IMG/VR virus record: IMGVR_UViG_2541047897_000006
Direction: 5' to 3' (one strand)
Length of the DNA stretch: 9,974 nt
Source of the DNA: a virus
Lineage: Duplodnaviria; Heunggongvirae; Uroviricota; Caudoviricetes
The notes under the pieces were generated by a model, which did not search any database, was not told the DNA's origin, and saw only the letters and a list, made by a program, of their open reading frames with translations. Shown one piece after another: positions 1 through 7,585 of the stretch (positions within the stretch are counted from its first letter, which is position 1; each line of letters begins with the position of its first letter). A program made the translations under genes and the position numbers.

Positions 1-237
1 ATGATGTCTATAAATGAAGTTGTTAAACAGGACTGGCACCCCGCGCATGTTGTCGCGGCGGTGCATGTAAAAGGTTTTACTTTACGCTCTCTGTCCATTG
101 AAGCCGGTTTAAACCAGGATTCTTTAAAGAATGCCCTGTACCGCAAATGCCCAAAATATGAGCGCATTATTGCCAATGCTATTGGCGTTGCGCCGGAGGA
201 GATCTGGCCCAGCCGTTACGCTCGTAAGGTGGCATAA
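1..237 (+). CDS. ner: Ner-like DNA-binding early regulator (Ner/Nlp family), D108-type
   Basis: 78-aa ORF with motifs DWHPAHVVAA, IIANAIGV and EEIWPSRY, which are characteristic of Mu/D108 Ner and E. coli Nlp. It sits immediately upstream of transposase A, and its TAA stop at 235-237 is followed by the A start at 240. The ORF begins at window position 1, so its RBS and true start cannot be checked. Confidence 0.85.
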   Translation: MMSINEVVKQDWHPAHVVAAVHVKGFTLRSLSIEAGLNQDSLKNALYRKCPKYERIIANAIGVAPEEIWPSRYARKVA

Positions 238-239
238 AA

Positions 240-2333
240 ATGTTTGTGTCAGTTAATGAGCTTGTAGGGCTACCAGGTATGCCGGGAACTGCGCAAGGGG
301 TGCGGTATTCCATAAGGAAACTGGCCTCATCTGAGCATTTCAGGCGCAAACGTGCGGGTTCAAAAACCATTGAATACAGCATCGACTGCCTCCCTCCGGT
401 TACACAACGGGCGTTACGTGAGCGTCATGTAGCTCAACTGATGGCAACCGCCCCGCAGGAGATAACTACCCAGCCTCCTGTAAAGCGTGAACGCAAACAA
501 AATGTTGTACAGCCTGTTGAGGCATATCGCGGTTCGCCACAATTGGTAGAAGAACGTCTGAATGCTCTTACGGAAAATCAACGTAAAGTTGCAGAAGCGC
601 GCATTGCTCTTGTCTGTGAAGTTCTACGAATTAGCCAGGAGCCGGGATTCAGTTGTGCCAGCGCTATACGTTTTATTGTGTCGCGGTTAGCGCAGGGTAA
701 CTTGGAAGAACGTCTGGAATCTTTGGTCATTACTGCTAATGCCCGTAAAGGGAAAGAGCGAACTCTGAGCGCAATTACGCTCAAACGTTGGATAGCTGCG
801 TTTAACAAAGCACAGAATGCCGCAGAACGACTGCTGTTACTGGCACCAGGAAAGCGCGACGAAATAAAACCGGAAGAAATTAGCTGGCTGCCTGAATTTC
901 TGGCGCAGTATCGTCAGGCTAACGGCAGGCCTATGTCAGAAGCCTACGAGGATTTTGTTGCTGATTGGCAGCGTCGCCATGCGGACGAACCATACATGCT
1001 GGAGGTGATGCCTTCCTATGATGTTGTCCGGTATGCCATGAAAAAACTGCCGGAAGTGGTGAAACAAAAAGGGCGCGTTACCGGCAGTGAATACCGTCAG
1101 CTTGAAGGATTCACCCGCCGCGACTGGACAGCTATGCCGGTGAATTATGTCTGGATTGGTGACGGTCACGGTATGAAGCTGAAATGTGCACATCCTGTTC
1201 ACGGGCGTCCATTTTCACCGGAAGTTACGTTTGTGATCGACGGTGGAACCCGGTTTGTGGTTGGCTGGAGTCTTGATCTTGCAGAGAACGTGTTCGCTGT
1301 TGCCGGGGCGATACAACACGGCATTCGCAATCACGGAAAACCATTCCTGTATTACTCGGATAATGGTTCCGGTGAAACGGCAGATATGCTGGATAAAGAG
1401 ATCGTCGGGATTCTGCCCCGCCTGGGGATTAACCACCCTACCGGTATTGCGGGAAATCCGCAGGGACGCGGCATTATTGAGCGCCTGAACCGGACGTTAC
1501 CGATGCGTATAGCAAGGAGGTATCGCACCTATTTCGGCAAGGGGGCTGACCGGGAATCGTTGCGAGTACTTAATCGTGATCTGCGTTCAGCGTTTAATGC
1601 CCTGCAACAGGACAAGCCACTGAGCGCCCGTCAGAAAGCCGCAATGCGCGAGCTGCCGTCCTGGTCAGAACTGATTGAGGCTATCCGTGAGGGGGTGGAG
1701 TGGTACAACAACCGCCCACATTCTGAATTGCCGATGAAACCAAATGGAAAACATTACAGCCCGGCAGAGTTCAGAAAAAAACGCTTAGCGGAAGAAGACA
1801 CTGAAATTGAGTGGCTGAGTGATATTGAGCTGCGTGACATGTTCCGCCCGATGGTGGAGCGTCCGGTAAGACGCTGCGAAATCCAGTGGCTGAACAATAT
1901 TTACTACGCGCCAGAGCTGCGTGATGAACATGGCCGCAAGGTACTTATCAGCTATGACATTCATGATGCCGAGCGAATTACGGTACGCCGTAAGGACGGT
2001 AGCTTTATCTGTGAGGCGATATGGAACGGCAATAAACGCGCAGCCTTTCCTGTTACGGCTGAATATCACAAACAACAGCAGCGTATTAAAGGAATGCGCA
2101 AGCGTGCTGAGGAAAAAATACGTGATGCTGAGGATGAAGGTATTCAGGTTATTGAACAAAAAACGACAGAACCCTGGCTGGATAATGTTTATCGCCCTGT
2201 TGGTAATGTGGTGACCGTTCAGCCGTTGAGGTGTGAGGAAGTGCATGATGATGAATACGAAACTGAGCGTGATGAATATCTGAATCATTCGCTGGATATT
2301 CTGGAACAGAACAGACGTAAAAAAGCCATTTAA
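240..2333 (+). CDS. A: DDE transposase A (MuA family)
   Basis: 697-aa ORF with RBS AAGGTGG 7 nt upstream. Candidate DDE residues lie in YVWIGDGHGM, LYYSDNGSGE and RGIIERLNR. The C-terminus ends in RRKKAI, which matches the MuA ClpX-recognition tail as I recall it. The first ~60 aa are homologous to, but diverged from, the Mu A N-terminus I remember, consistent with a D108-type enhancer/end-binding domain. Confidence 0.95.
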   Translation: MFVSVNELVGLPGMPGTAQGVRYSIRKLASSEHFRRKRAGSKTIEYSIDCLPPVTQRALRERHVAQLMATAPQEITTQPPVKRERKQNVVQPVEAYRGSPQLVEERLNALTENQRKVAEARIALVCEVLRISQEPGFSCASAIRFIVSRLAQGNLEERLESLVITANARKGKERTLSAITLKRWIAAFNKAQNAAERLLLLAPGKRDEIKPEEISWLPEFLAQYRQANGRPMSEAYEDFVADWQRRHADEPYMLEVMPSYDVVRYAMKKLPEVVKQKGRVTGSEYRQLEGFTRRDWTAMPVNYVWIGDGHGMKLKCAHPVHGRPFSPEVTFVIDGGTRFVVGWSLDLAENVFAVAGAIQHGIRNHGKPFLYYSDNGSGETADMLDKEIVGILPRLGINHPTGIAGNPQGRGIIERLNRTLPMRIARRYRTYFGKGADRESLRVLNRDLRSAFNALQQDKPLSARQKAAMRELPSWSELIEAIREGVEWYNNRPHSELPMKPNGKHYSPAEFRKKRLAEEDTEIEWLSDIELRDMFRPMVERPVRRCEIQWLNNIYYAPELRDEHGRKVLISYDIHDAERITVRRKDGSFICEAIWNGNKRAAFPVTAEYHKQQQRIKGMRKRAEEKIRDAEDEGIQVIEQKTTEPWLDNVYRPVGNVVTVQPLRCEEVHDDEYETERDEYLNHSLDILEQNRRKKAI

Positions 2334-2371
2334 TTAACGTTTAAACAAAATTTAATTACGAGGTTATTCAG

Positions 2372-3310
2372 ATGAATATTTCCGATATTCGCGCAGGACT
2401 GCGCACGCTTGTAGAAAATGAAGAAACCACCTTTAAACAAATTGCTCTTGAGAGCGGACTTTCTACCGGAACTATCAGTAGTTTTATCAATGATAAGTAC
2501 AACGGGGATAACGAGCGTGTTTCACAAATTCTGCAACGCTGGCTGGAAAAATATCATGCAGTTGCAGAACTACCTGAACCGCCCCGCTTTGTGGAAACGC
2601 AGACGGTAAAACAAATCTGGACAAGTATGCGTTTTGCCAGCCTGACTGAAAGTATTGCTGTTGTATGTGGCAATCCTGGTGTGGGCAAAACCGAAGCGGC
2701 CCGTGAATATCGCCGCACCAATAACAACGTCTGGATGATCACCATTACGCCATCCTGTGCCAGCGTTCTGGAATGTCTTACTGAACTGGCGTTTGAGCTG
2801 GGAATGAATGACGCACCACGCCGTAAAGGGCCACTCTCTCGCGCCCTGCGACGTCGCCTTGAAGGTACACAGGGGCTGGTTATCATCGACGAAGCTGATC
2901 ATCTTGGTGCCGAAGTTCTGGAAGAACTCCGCCTGTTACAGGAATCAACCCGCACTGGCCTTGTGCTGATGGGAAATCACCGGGTTTATTCAAATATGAC
3001 GGGGGGTAACAGAACGGTTGAATTTGCCCGTCTGTTTTCCCGTATTGCAAAGCGCACTGCAATTAATAAAACCAAAAAAGCCGATGTAAAAGCTATTGCG
3101 GATGCCTGGCAGATTAACGGCGAAAATGAACTGGAGTTATTACAGCAGATTGCGCAGAAACCAGGTGCGCTTCGCATTCTGAATCATTCACTTCGCCTTG
3201 CCGCCATGACGGCTCACGGTAAAGGTGAGCGTGTTAACGAAGATTATCTGCGTCAGGCTTTCCGTGAATTAGACCTGGACGTTGATATTTCAACGCTGCT
3301 GCGTAATTAA
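2372..3310 (+). CDS. B: Transposition ATPase / target-DNA activator B (MuB family, AAA+)
   Basis: 312-aa ORF, the same length as Mu B. Walker A motif GNPGVGKT and Walker B motif LVIIDEADHL are present. It lies directly downstream of A with a GAGG RBS. Confidence 0.95.
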   Translation: MNISDIRAGLRTLVENEETTFKQIALESGLSTGTISSFINDKYNGDNERVSQILQRWLEKYHAVAELPEPPRFVETQTVKQIWTSMRFASLTESIAVVCGNPGVGKTEAAREYRRTNNNVWMITITPSCASVLECLTELAFELGMNDAPRRKGPLSRALRRRLEGTQGLVIIDEADHLGAEVLEELRLLQESTRTGLVLMGNHRVYSNMTGGNRTVEFARLFSRIAKRTAINKTKKADVKAIADAWQINGENELELLQQIAQKPGALRILNHSLRLAAMTAHGKGERVNEDYLRQAFRELDLDVDISTLLRN

Positions 3311-3325
3311 GAAGGAGAAGAAATT

Positions 3326-3553
3326 ATGATGGCCCGAAATATAAAAATGGCAACGGATGCGCAGAACTGGTTACAGGCGCGCGGGAGTCATGTAAATGAA
3401 TCATATCTCGGCGTGGCGCGTCCGATTCTTGAAATCACTTACCCACCGGTGGAACTGGTAAAAAGCGCGGTCAGAATTATGGAGCATAAGTCCGGGGTGG
3501 CCCGTTCTGTATGGACGGCCCGTCTTAATGGTTGCCAGATTATCTGGAGATAA
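3326..3553 (+). CDS. kil: Small early protein, probable Kil (host-killing) by position
   Basis: 75-aa ORF with a strong AAGGAG RBS 8 nt upstream. It is the first gene after B, which is where kil (about 74 aa) maps in Mu. The sequence has no diagnostic motif, so the assignment is positional only. Confidence 0.45.
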   Translation: MMARNIKMATDAQNWLQARGSHVNESYLGVARPILEITYPPVELVKSAVRIMEHKSGVARSVWTARLNGCQIIWR

Positions 3554-3555
3554 CG

Positions 3556-3786
3556 ATGTGTATTAAAGCTGAAAAATATATTGAATGGGTTAAACACTGT
3601 CAGTGCCACGGGGTGCCGCTGACGACATATAAATGCCCCGGATGTGGTGAACAGATTATGACGCAATGCTCACCCGAAAAGGAAATTCGGGATTCCCTGA
3701 CATGTTGTCCGTGGTGCAGCGCGGTTTTCTTTAAGCAGGTAAAAGGCGCGAAGGTAAAAGCCAGCGCAGTTATTCAGAATCAATAA
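3556..3786 (+). CDS. Cys-rich small protein, putative zinc ribbon (function unknown)
   Basis: The ATG at 3556 is preceded by GGAGA and sits 2 nt after the upstream stop; the ORF track extends the frame to 3532 but the RBS favours 3556. The protein contains HCQCH, CPGCG and CCPWC, with CxxC pairs about 20 residues apart. Confidence 0.65.
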   Translation: MCIKAEKYIEWVKHCQCHGVPLTTYKCPGCGEQIMTQCSPEKEIRDSLTCCPWCSAVFFKQVKGAKVKASAVIQNQ

Positions 3787-3797
3787 GGAGAAACAAA

Positions 3798-4067
3798 ATG
3801 GCAAAGGTTATCTTTGAGTTTACATGGCTGGAAAGTAGTGACGGTTGCAATGGGCGCAGAGAAGTTCTGGATGCAAAAGCATGTCTTGCAGATATCTCGC
3901 CAACGGAAAATACCGGGCCTCATGATTTACTGGCAAATATCGTCCTGACTATGGCTCCTGAAATTATTAAAAAGGCCAAAGATGAGATGCTGACCACTAT
4001 GAAGAAAGTGGGTATGGAAGCTGAATGTGATTTAGTACCACATCCGGTGAATGCGGTTAAACATTAA
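3798..4067 (+). CDS. Hypothetical early protein (89 aa)
   Basis: AAGGAG RBS with 7-nt spacing. The ORF is tightly packed in the + strand early operon. I recognise no motif. Confidence 0.65.
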   Translation: MAKVIFEFTWLESSDGCNGRREVLDAKACLADISPTENTGPHDLLANIVLTMAPEIIKKAKDEMLTTMKKVGMEAECDLVPHPVNAVKH

Positions 4068-4087
4068 TTCGCAAAGGAACGCTGACA

Positions 4088-4507
4088 ATGAACGTCAAAA
4101 TCCGAAATGAAATTCAGGCATTAATCCGAATTCAGGAACGCAATAACAACGGTGGTGAATTACGCGAGTTTATTTGCGCCCGAAAAGTTGATGATTGTGG
4201 TGAAAAGACTTACCTGATTGCTTTCGACCATTACAGCATCTGTGCGCGTTATTGCGGCGAAAGCATATCCCGCGCCATTGCATTTGGCGGTGCGTTCAAC
4301 GTGGATTTATGGGAGTACGTCATGGACCGGGAATACATCTGCGCATCAGACCCTGAAGCCCGTGAAATGTGGCAGCGTATCTGGCGCGATTACCGGTTAA
4401 TGGCAAAAGGCTGGGCGCGCAGCTGTTATTCCTCGCTTGCCCTGAAAGCGGTTCAGTTATCGCTGCGGCATATTCCGGCATCACTGCGCGAGCCTCTGTT
4501 GTACTGA
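4088..4507 (+). CDS. Hypothetical early protein (139 aa), possible Cys cluster
   Basis: AAAGGAA RBS with 7-nt spacing. The stop is immediately followed by the next ORF's start. Cysteines in FICARKVDDCGEKT...SICARYCGES could form a metal site, but this is uncertain. Confidence 0.65.
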   Translation: MNVKIRNEIQALIRIQERNNNGGELREFICARKVDDCGEKTYLIAFDHYSICARYCGESISRAIAFGGAFNVDLWEYVMDREYICASDPEAREMWQRIWRDYRLMAKGWARSCYSSLALKAVQLSLRHIPASLREPLLY

Positions 4508-4807
4508 ATGGTAGCTGACATGAAGTGTAATCGTAAGCGCTGGTCACGCGAAGACCGGGAATTTATCGAGGCCAACGTCGGGAAAATGACCGTTGAAGAA
4601 ATGGCGGAAAAACTGAAAGTCGCCACAACCGCCCTCCGGGCACATGCCAGAAGGCACGGAATATCATTGTGTGCATACCGAATCAGTGAACACGACAAAT
4701 ATTTGTGTCGTGAGCTTTATAAGGAAGGGCTGGCTATTCATGTCATTGCCCGAAAGATGGAATTAAGCAATCGAGCTGTATCCAGCATTGTATACAGCGG
4801 ATATTAA
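4508..4807 (+). CDS. Hypothetical small protein with two helix-turn-helix-like segments (putative DNA-binding)
   Basis: 99-aa ORF abutting the upstream stop (TGAATG). Two internal segments (MTVEEMAEKLKVATTALRAHARRHGI and LAIHVIARKMELSNRAVSSIVYSGY) have an HTH-like hydrophobic/charged pattern. The start could be ATG 4508 or ATG 4520; neither has a strong RBS. Confidence 0.6.
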   Translation: MVADMKCNRKRWSREDREFIEANVGKMTVEEMAEKLKVATTALRAHARRHGISLCAYRISEHDKYLCRELYKEGLAIHVIARKMELSNRAVSSIVYSGY

Positions 4808-4826
4808 TTAACAGGAGCTTTAATTT

Positions 4827-5351
4827 ATGGCTAAACCAGCAAAACGTATCAAAAGTGCCGCAGCGGCTTATGTGCCACAAAACCGCGATGCGGTGATTAC
4901 CGATATTAAACGCATCGGGGATTTACAGCGCGAAGCATCACGTCTGGAAACGGAAATGAATGATGCCATCGCGGAAATTACGGAGAAATTTGCAGCCCGG
5001 ATTGCACCGATTAAAACCGATATTGAAACCCTTTCAAAAGGCGTTCAGGGATGGTGTGAAGCGAACCGCGACGAACTGACAAACGGCGGCAAAGTGAAGA
5101 CGGCGAATCTTGTCACCGGTGATGTATCGTGGCGGGTCCGTCCACCCTCAGTAAGTATTCGTGGTATGGATGCAGTGATGGAAACGCTGGAGCGTCTTGG
5201 CCTGCAACGCTTTATTCGCACGAAGCAGGAAATCAACAAGGAGGCGATTTTACTGGAACCAAAAGCCGTCGCAGGTGTTGCCGGAATTACGGTTAAATCA
5301 GGCATTGAAGATTTTTCTATTATTCCGTTTGAACAGGAAGCCGGTATTTAA
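4827..5351 (+). CDS. gam: Host-nuclease inhibitor Gam (Mu Gam, Ku-like DNA-end-binding protein)
   Basis: 174-aa ORF with an AGGAG RBS 9 nt upstream. The protein (MAKPAKRIKSAAAAYVPQNRDAVITDIKR...) matches phage Mu Gam as I recall it, in both length and sequence. Confidence 0.93.
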   Translation: MAKPAKRIKSAAAAYVPQNRDAVITDIKRIGDLQREASRLETEMNDAIAEITEKFAARIAPIKTDIETLSKGVQGWCEANRDELTNGGKVKTANLVTGDVSWRVRPPSVSIRGMDAVMETLERLGLQRFIRTKQEINKEAILLEPKAVAGVAGITVKSGIEDFSIIPFEQEAGI

Positions 5352-5448
5352 TACCACCATTAATATTTAATTAATTCACATTCGTTTAATTATGGCGCGA
5401 TGCGTCAGGGGACTACTCGCGCCTTAATCAGAACCGGAGAGAATGAAA

Positions 5449-5997
5449 ATGACAGCATGTGCTTATTTTAAACTGAGTGACACAGCCGCTAACGCTTATA
5501 CGATTCGCTGGCTGAAAGACGTTTCTGTTAAGCGTGGTGAGATTATTGCGTCATTACAGCAATCAGTGAAAGCAAGTGGTGTGTCTTTGTCTGGTGACAA
5601 AGGGCCTGAAAGGGTTACGCGTGTCTGGTTTAACCGTTTACCACCGGAAGGATGGGAGATTAAATCAAGGACACTTTTCATTGGTGATATTCAGTTATGG
5701 GGCGCAATGCCGGATATGACAATACCGGCAGGCCGTGAGTACGGGAAGCTCATCCGGGACTGTGAAAATCAGCTCGAAAAACACCCGGATTTTCCGGGCT
5801 GGCTGTGCAATGAACTTAACGTGGCTACCGACGTTGACCTGTTTGACATCAGGTCCGTGTGGAAAATGCACCACAGCCGTGACGGATTCAGCATTTTGTT
5901 TGCAGTGTACCTTCTGGCTGGCGAAGTGAAGGGACCGGTTCCCGCCGAATGCCAGCGCATTAAACATTCTGAATTTGTGGCGCTGACGGAGGAATAA
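5449..5997 (+). CDS. Hypothetical early protein (about 182 aa)
   Basis: The frame opens at ATG 5443, but the GGAGAG RBS at 5436-5441 is correctly spaced (7 nt) only for the in-frame ATG at 5449. It is the first gene after the 91-bp gam-distal intergenic gap. I recognise no motif. Confidence 0.65.
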   Translation: MTACAYFKLSDTAANAYTIRWLKDVSVKRGEIIASLQQSVKASGVSLSGDKGPERVTRVWFNRLPPEGWEIKSRTLFIGDIQLWGAMPDMTIPAGREYGKLIRDCENQLEKHPDFPGWLCNELNVATDVDLFDIRSVWKMHHSRDGFSILFAVYLLAGEVKGPVPAECQRIKHSEFVALTEE

Positions 5998-6000
5998 CCG

Positions 6001-6531
6001 GTGATTGATGCAAAAGTTCTGAATGGTGTCAGCACATTATTACGGGCTTACGGGCGTCTGACCTGCGGGGTTCTGGCTGAAAAAATGCAGATGCCATCCT
6101 CCGCAATGGTGTACTTCCTGCGTGATGCGGTTGATGCCGGAATGCTGACTGAACTTAATGGTTTTTACGACGTACCGCGTCCCCGTACAGAGCAGCCTGT
6201 AAGACGAAACGCAACTGAGCAGCCTGCTGTTGATGATGCCGCGTGGTGTTCCTTCCGCCGCTCATTGCCCTGGCTAGAAGGCAATGCCATTCCGGCGCTG
6301 GCAAAAGAATTTGCAACAGGCGTACTGACCTGCGAGTCGGTTTACATCGTTGCGGAAGTGGATGACGAAATGTGCAAACAGGGAATGCCCCGTTTTGTGA
6401 TGGCTTATATCGATATCCGGCTGGGGCGTTTTATTTGTGGTTCCAGTAGCTGGAATATCACCGACCACGTCCTGCGCTATCTCATTCTTGATTTCTCAAC
6501 GGCTCCCGAAGCAGCACAGGAGGTGGCGTGA
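6001..6531 (+). CDS. Hypothetical early protein (176 aa), GTG start, possible N-terminal winged-helix
   Basis: GTG at 6001 is preceded by GGAGGA at 5988-5993 and is the only in-frame start near the 5' end. The N-terminal segment STLLRAYGRLTCGVLAEKMQMPSSAMVYFLRDAVDAGML resembles a winged-helix DNA-binding fold (weak inference). The stop overlaps the next start. Confidence 0.6.
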   Translation: MIDAKVLNGVSTLLRAYGRLTCGVLAEKMQMPSSAMVYFLRDAVDAGMLTELNGFYDVPRPRTEQPVRRNATEQPAVDDAAWCSFRRSLPWLEGNAIPALAKEFATGVLTCESVYIVAEVDDEMCKQGMPRFVMAYIDIRLGRFICGSSSWNITDHVLRYLILDFSTAPEAAQEVA

Positions 6532-7061
6532 TGTTTTTTAAAACGTCAAATCCCGCAGCACTGCTGGCGTGGGAGCAGTTTATGGCGGACTGCCTGAAAC
6601 TACGCGAAGAAGCCCGCCATCTTGATAAGGTTCTGGGTTGTGGTTGCCGGTCAGTATTCAGCACAGGTATTGGTGGGCGTTATTTTCATGGTGTGAACTT
6701 TCCGGGGAATGAGCGCCCTTTCTCGCGGGAGCTGTGGACCGTACAACGGCCCGCATCAGGTAACAGTTGCAGGCCCAGAACTTCGCGGATACCTGTTCAT
6801 CTCAGGGAGCAGGCAAAAGAGCTGGCGAAAATATGGCAGGAGAATATTCCGGTCACTTATGCCCGCACAGATGCTCTTTTACCCGCACTGGGACTGGATT
6901 TCAGCGCAACAATATTCGGACCTCTCCAGTGGTTCCGTGTTGGTGATGTGATTTACGTCATGACGGGGATGACACCCGCACAAGGCCGCATGACTGAAAT
7001 CCTTTCTGACGAATTTATCCGGGCGCAAAAACAGGCGGAGGTAAACAATGGAAAACAATGA
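6531..7061 (+). CDS. Hypothetical early protein (about 176 aa)
   Basis: AGGAGG RBS at 6518-6523. ATG 6531 shares a nucleotide with the upstream TGA stop (TGATG coupling); the ORF track starts one codon earlier at GTG 6528. I recognise no motif. Confidence 0.65.
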   Translation: MFFKTSNPAALLAWEQFMADCLKLREEARHLDKVLGCGCRSVFSTGIGGRYFHGVNFPGNERPFSRELWTVQRPASGNSCRPRTSRIPVHLREQAKELAKIWQENIPVTYARTDALLPALGLDFSATIFGPLQWFRVGDVIYVMTGMTPAQGRMTEILSDEFIRAQKQAEVNNGKQ

Positions 7062-7230
7062 AACATCGTATTCGTGGCTGGGGGTATTCACCACGGTGAA
7101 ACAGGAATGCCAGACCTGCGGTAATGAATCCCCTGAATATCTGAAAGAGTGCCCTCATTGTGGCGGGCAGAAATGCAACCACTGCGATATGGGCGATGAC
7201 ACGGCGTGCATGAATTGTGAAGGTGAATAA
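7048..7230 (+). CDS. Cys-rich mini-protein with four CxxC motifs (putative zinc ribbon)
   Basis: 60-aa ORF with a GGAGG RBS 7 nt upstream. It contains CQTC, CPHC, CNHC and CMNC. Its 5' end overlaps the upstream ORF by 14 nt in another frame. Confidence 0.6.
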   Translation: MENNETSYSWLGVFTTVKQECQTCGNESPEYLKECPHCGGQKCNHCDMGDDTACMNCEGE

Positions 7231-7231
7231 T

Positions 7232-7534
7232 ATGAATAATGAAACTAAATTTACTCCCCTTAATATTGATAACGTCATGGCTGAAAAAGGGATGCTGGAA
7301 CGTGTTCGCGCTATCGTTGAATATGGTATTAAGCATGAACTCACCGCCAGAGAAGTCCGTGACATTATCAACCGCGAAATGAATCGTCTGGAAACAGTAG
7401 TGGCACTGCAAAATGAAACAGCCCGCGAGGAGTACATCCGCCGCAGGCTGGGGTTATCAGACCAGGATATTGTTACTGACGCTCATGTGTTTGAGGCTTT
7501 TGAGATCCGTCAGCATCTGGGCCTTACGAACTGA
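7232..7534 (+). CDS. Hypothetical early protein (about 100 aa)
   Basis: ATG 7232 is preceded by GAAGGTGA with 5-nt spacing; the ORF track alternative is GTG 7217. It starts 1 nt after the upstream stop. I recognise no motif. Confidence 0.6.
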   Translation: MNNETKFTPLNIDNVMAEKGMLERVRAIVEYGIKHELTAREVRDIINREMNRLETVVALQNETAREEYIRRRLGLSDQDIVTDAHVFEAFEIRQHLGLTN

Positions 7535-7545
7535 TGTGTAAATTC

Positions 7546-7567
7546 AGGCGGTGTTGCAGCACCGCCT
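7546..7567 (+). promoter_or_regulatory. GC-rich hairpin in the 51-bp gap upstream of gemA (possible attenuator or RNA stability/processing element)
   Basis: AGGCGGTG-ttgcag-CACCGCCT forms an 8-bp stem with a 6-nt loop, followed by CTTTCC and then the gemA RBS GGAGGT. The T-tract is weak, so it is not a classic strong intrinsic terminator. Confidence 0.3.
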
Positions 7568-7585
7568 CTTTCCGGAGGTACGATC

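Noticed and set aside
1785-2288. 167-aa minus-strand ORF and other minus-strand ORFs (179-382, 578-808, 936-1202, 1215-1436) inside transposase A
   Set aside because: All are antisense to a gene with clear DDE transposase motifs and a consistent full-length frame. None has a convincing RBS.
3532-3555. ORF-track start at 3532 for the Cys-rich protein, and similar upstream starts at 5443, 6528, 7217 and 9456
   Set aside because: In each case a downstream in-frame start (3556, 5449, 6531, 7232, 9459) has a better-spaced Shine-Dalgarno sequence and avoids an extra overlap with the preceding gene. The upstream starts remain possible and only N-terminal sequencing or ribosome profiling can settle them.
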